DNA of 64,000 nt from Armatimonadota bacterium (GTDB lineage: Bacteria; Armatimonadota; SYMT01): assembly GCA_046292385.1 (NCBI GenBank), contig JBKBRF010000012.1, positions 1 through 64,000 of the forward strand, read 5' to 3'. How positions within the stretch are numbered: the first letter of the stretch is position 1; every line of letters begins with the position of its first letter. A program made the translations under genes and the position numbers. Shown here in pieces: positions 62,162 through 64,000 of the stretch. The notes beneath the pieces were generated by a model, which worked only from the letters and a program-made list of their open reading frames with translations, searched no databases and was not told the DNA's origin.

Positions 62162-62245
62162 GCCGAAGTGGCGGAACAGGCAGACGCGTCGGTCTCAAAA
62201 ACCGATTCTCGAAAGAGAGTGCGGGTTCGATCCCCGCCTTCGGCA
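62162..62245 (+). tRNA. tRNA-Leu(CAA)
   Basis: Acceptor GCCGAAG/CTTCGGC, anticodon arm TCGGT-CTCAAAA-ACCGA, variable arm CTC-GAAA-GAG, GGTTCGATCCC. Confidence 0.95.
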
Positions 62246-62269
62246 AGCCGCTTTTCGTGGCTGGAAAGT

Positions 62270-62303
62270 GAGAGAGGGTACGTCGCTCGACGTACCCTCT
62301 CTC
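62270..62303. terminator. Hairpin between tRNA-Leu and the integrase
   Basis: GAGAGAGGGTACGTCG-CT-CGACGTACCCTCTCTC perfect inverted repeat. Confidence 0.6.
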
Positions 62304-62369
62304 CGCATCTGGGGGCATTTGTCGCCCATTTGTCGCCGAAACCTGCGGGAACCCTTCTCCAGCCCGGTT

Positions 62370-63578
62370 TTACGGCCCATCCGTGCCGGTCTGGGTGCCG
62401 CCCTTGTCGCCCTCTTCGGCCTCCTGCATGGCCCGCCGGAACGCCTCCTCATTCCGGAGCGCCGCCGCTCTCTCCATCCCCTCCAGCACGTGCCCATAGA
62501 CCCGGAGCGTCATTCCGGGATCTGCGTGACCGGCGCGGTCCGCCACCACGTTGACGGTCTCCCCGTGCTTCAGCAGGTGGCTGATGTGTGAGTGCCGGAG
62601 GTCGTGGAAGCGAATGTCCAGACCGAGCCGCCGGACGTGCTCCTTGAAGGTCTGGGTCACCTGGTTGGGGACCATTGGCCGGCCGTCCTCCCAGCAGCAG
62701 ATCAATCCGTGGTCCTCGTACGCCGGTCCGAGGGACAGCTTGTGCTGAGCCTGCCTCCCCTTCTCGCGGATCAGCGCCTGAATCAACATCGGCTGCAGCG
62801 TGATGGTGCGGCGGCCGCGCTGGGTCTTGGGCTCCTTGAATCCCAGAGCGGACCGGCCGCCCTTCAGCTCTTGTAGCGAGCGCCGGATCTTCAACCTGCC
62901 AGTCTGCAGGTCGACGTCCTCCCACTTCAGCGCCAGAACCTCGCCACGCCGGGCGCCGGTCAGCACCGCCAGCAGGGTCGGAAGATAGACCGACGTTCCC
63001 TGGATCGCGGAGAGCAGCCGGACCGTCGCGCGTTCGTCGATCGCGGTGGGCTCCTTCTGCGTCACCCGCGGCGGGTCGACCAGGTCCGCCACGTTCCGCG
63101 GTAGTATCTGCCACTTTACGGCCTGCTCCAACGCGCTCCGGAGCACGCGGTGGTAGTGGTTGACCGTTCGGGCGGAGAGTCCCCCCTTCCCGTCCAGGCG
63201 TCCCGCTTCCAGGGCCTCCCGGTAGTACCGCTGGATGTGCTGGGGCTGCAGCTGGGAGAGCTTGTGGGCGCCGAGGCCGGGTATGAGGTGCCGCTCGACG
63301 ATGTCCTCATACCGCTGCCAGGTCTTCGCGTTGACCTTGGCCTTCGCGTGATCGTCAAGCCACTGCCGGAGGTATGCGCCTACGGTAGTGCGGTCCGGCT
63401 GAATGTAATCCCCGCGATTCAGCTCCGCTACCAGGCGTGTAAGCTCCGCCTCGGCTTTGCGCTTGGGGCCGCGGAAGGTGTGGTAGGCACGCTTCCGATT
63501 CCCTGTGACTGGATCGACGCCCAGCTCAAGGGTGATGAGCCAGGTGTCCTTTCCTCGTGGCCGAACGTGACCGCTCAC
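62370..63578 (-). CDS. Tyrosine recombinase/integrase
   Basis: Arm-binding N-terminus, SAM-like core-binding domain, TGARRGE, PKT, FHDLRH, AGH, catalytic Y (RVY). Confidence 0.95.
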   Translation of the reverse strand: MSGHVRPRGKDTWLITLELGVDPVTGNRKRAYHTFRGPKRKAEAELTRLVAELNRGDYIQPDRTTVGAYLRQWLDDHAKAKVNAKTWQRYEDIVERHLIPGLGAHKLSQLQPQHIQRYYREALEAGRLDGKGGLSARTVNHYHRVLRSALEQAVKWQILPRNVADLVDPPRVTQKEPTAIDERATVRLLSAIQGTSVYLPTLLAVLTGARRGEVLALKWEDVDLQTGRLKIRRSLQELKGGRSALGFKEPKTQRGRRTITLQPMLIQALIREKGRQAQHKLSLGPAYEDHGLICCWEDGRPMVPNQVTQTFKEHVRRLGLDIRFHDLRHSHISHLLKHGETVNVVADRAGHADPGMTLRVYGHVLEGMERAAALRNEEAFRRAMQEAEEGDKGGTQTGTDGP

Positions 63579-64000
63579 GTGTGAGGTCTCCTGCGGGGTG
63601 AAGGGACGTGGTCAACGGGATTGCTGACGAGCATCTGCCAGCGAACCGCCTGGTCCAGGGCGGACCGGAGCACGCTGTGAATGGTGGCGAGAGTGTGCGA
63701 CGAGAGACCGCCGTTCCCTCGAGTACGCCCCTCCGTGGCGGCCCACTCGAAGTACCGGACGACGTGCTCCACGCGGAGCTCCGCGAGCGCGATCGCGCCG
63801 AGGCCGGGTTGGAGCTGCTTGGAAACGATCTCCTGATAGCGACGGAACGAGCACTGGGTGAGACGTGGCTGCGCCGACTCCCGCAGCCAGTAGGTCAGGT
63901 AATCGCCCACGGAGATCGGCCCCAGGTCGACCCGCGGTCCCTGCCAGATGTCTCGGTAGCGGCGAGCCAGCTCCGCCTCCGCCTCTTCGCGCGTGCCGGA
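63575..64000 (-). CDS. Integrase N-terminal (SAM-like) domain protein without catalytic domain, 5' partial
   Basis: Frame open to the window end: SGTREEAEAELARR...VGDYLTYWL...GGLSSHT...VLRSALDQAVRWQMLVSNPVDHVPSPRRRPHT*. Confidence 0.8.
   Translation of the reverse strand, partial: SGTREEAEAELARRYRDIWQGPRVDLGPISVGDYLTYWLRESAQPRLTQCSFRRYQEIVSKQLQPGLGAIALAELRVEHVVRYFEWAATEGRTRGNGGLSSHTLATIHSVLRSALDQAVRWQMLVSNPVDHVPSPRRRPHT

Larger units (their letters stand above)
62246..64000. mobile_element. Edge of a prophage/ICE-like element integrated at tRNA-Leu
   Basis: Tyrosine integrase convergent on the tRNA 3' end; tandem 11-bp repeats nearby; continues beyond the window. Confidence 0.75.

Overview
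High-GC bacterial chromosome segment, mostly core genes; the gene mix suggests a Terrabacteria lineage, plausibly Armatimonadota (inference only). The left half holds mixed housekeeping and envelope genes: comEA, coproheme decarboxylase, MEMO-family protein, two all-repeat secreted proteins, speD-like, M28 peptidase, a methyltransferase-rtcB pair, a ppa-led operon, an RHH/PIN toxin-antitoxin pair, recQ, tRNA-Ser, murI, 2-oxoacid dehydrogenase E1 alpha/beta, TPP riboswitch-thiC, Uma2, GH65 and ferredoxin. The right half is a division/cell-wall cluster (rsmH to ftsZ, no mraZ or murB) with a probable 6S RNA between murG and murC, then a membrane pyrophosphatase, tRNA-Leu and the edge of an integrated element. 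Best candidates for new biology: (1) a promoter, 44-codon leader ORF, antiterminator and terminator in front of methyltransferase-rtcB; (2) a PIN toxin gene split at a prfB-like UUU-UGA-C +1 site; (3) a family of inverted 6-8 nt tandem-repeat hairpin elements, one lying between the thiC promoter and its riboswitch; (4) a catalytic-domain-less integrase paralog coupled to the intact integrase. All calls come from reading the sequence by eye; no searches or folding programs were run.
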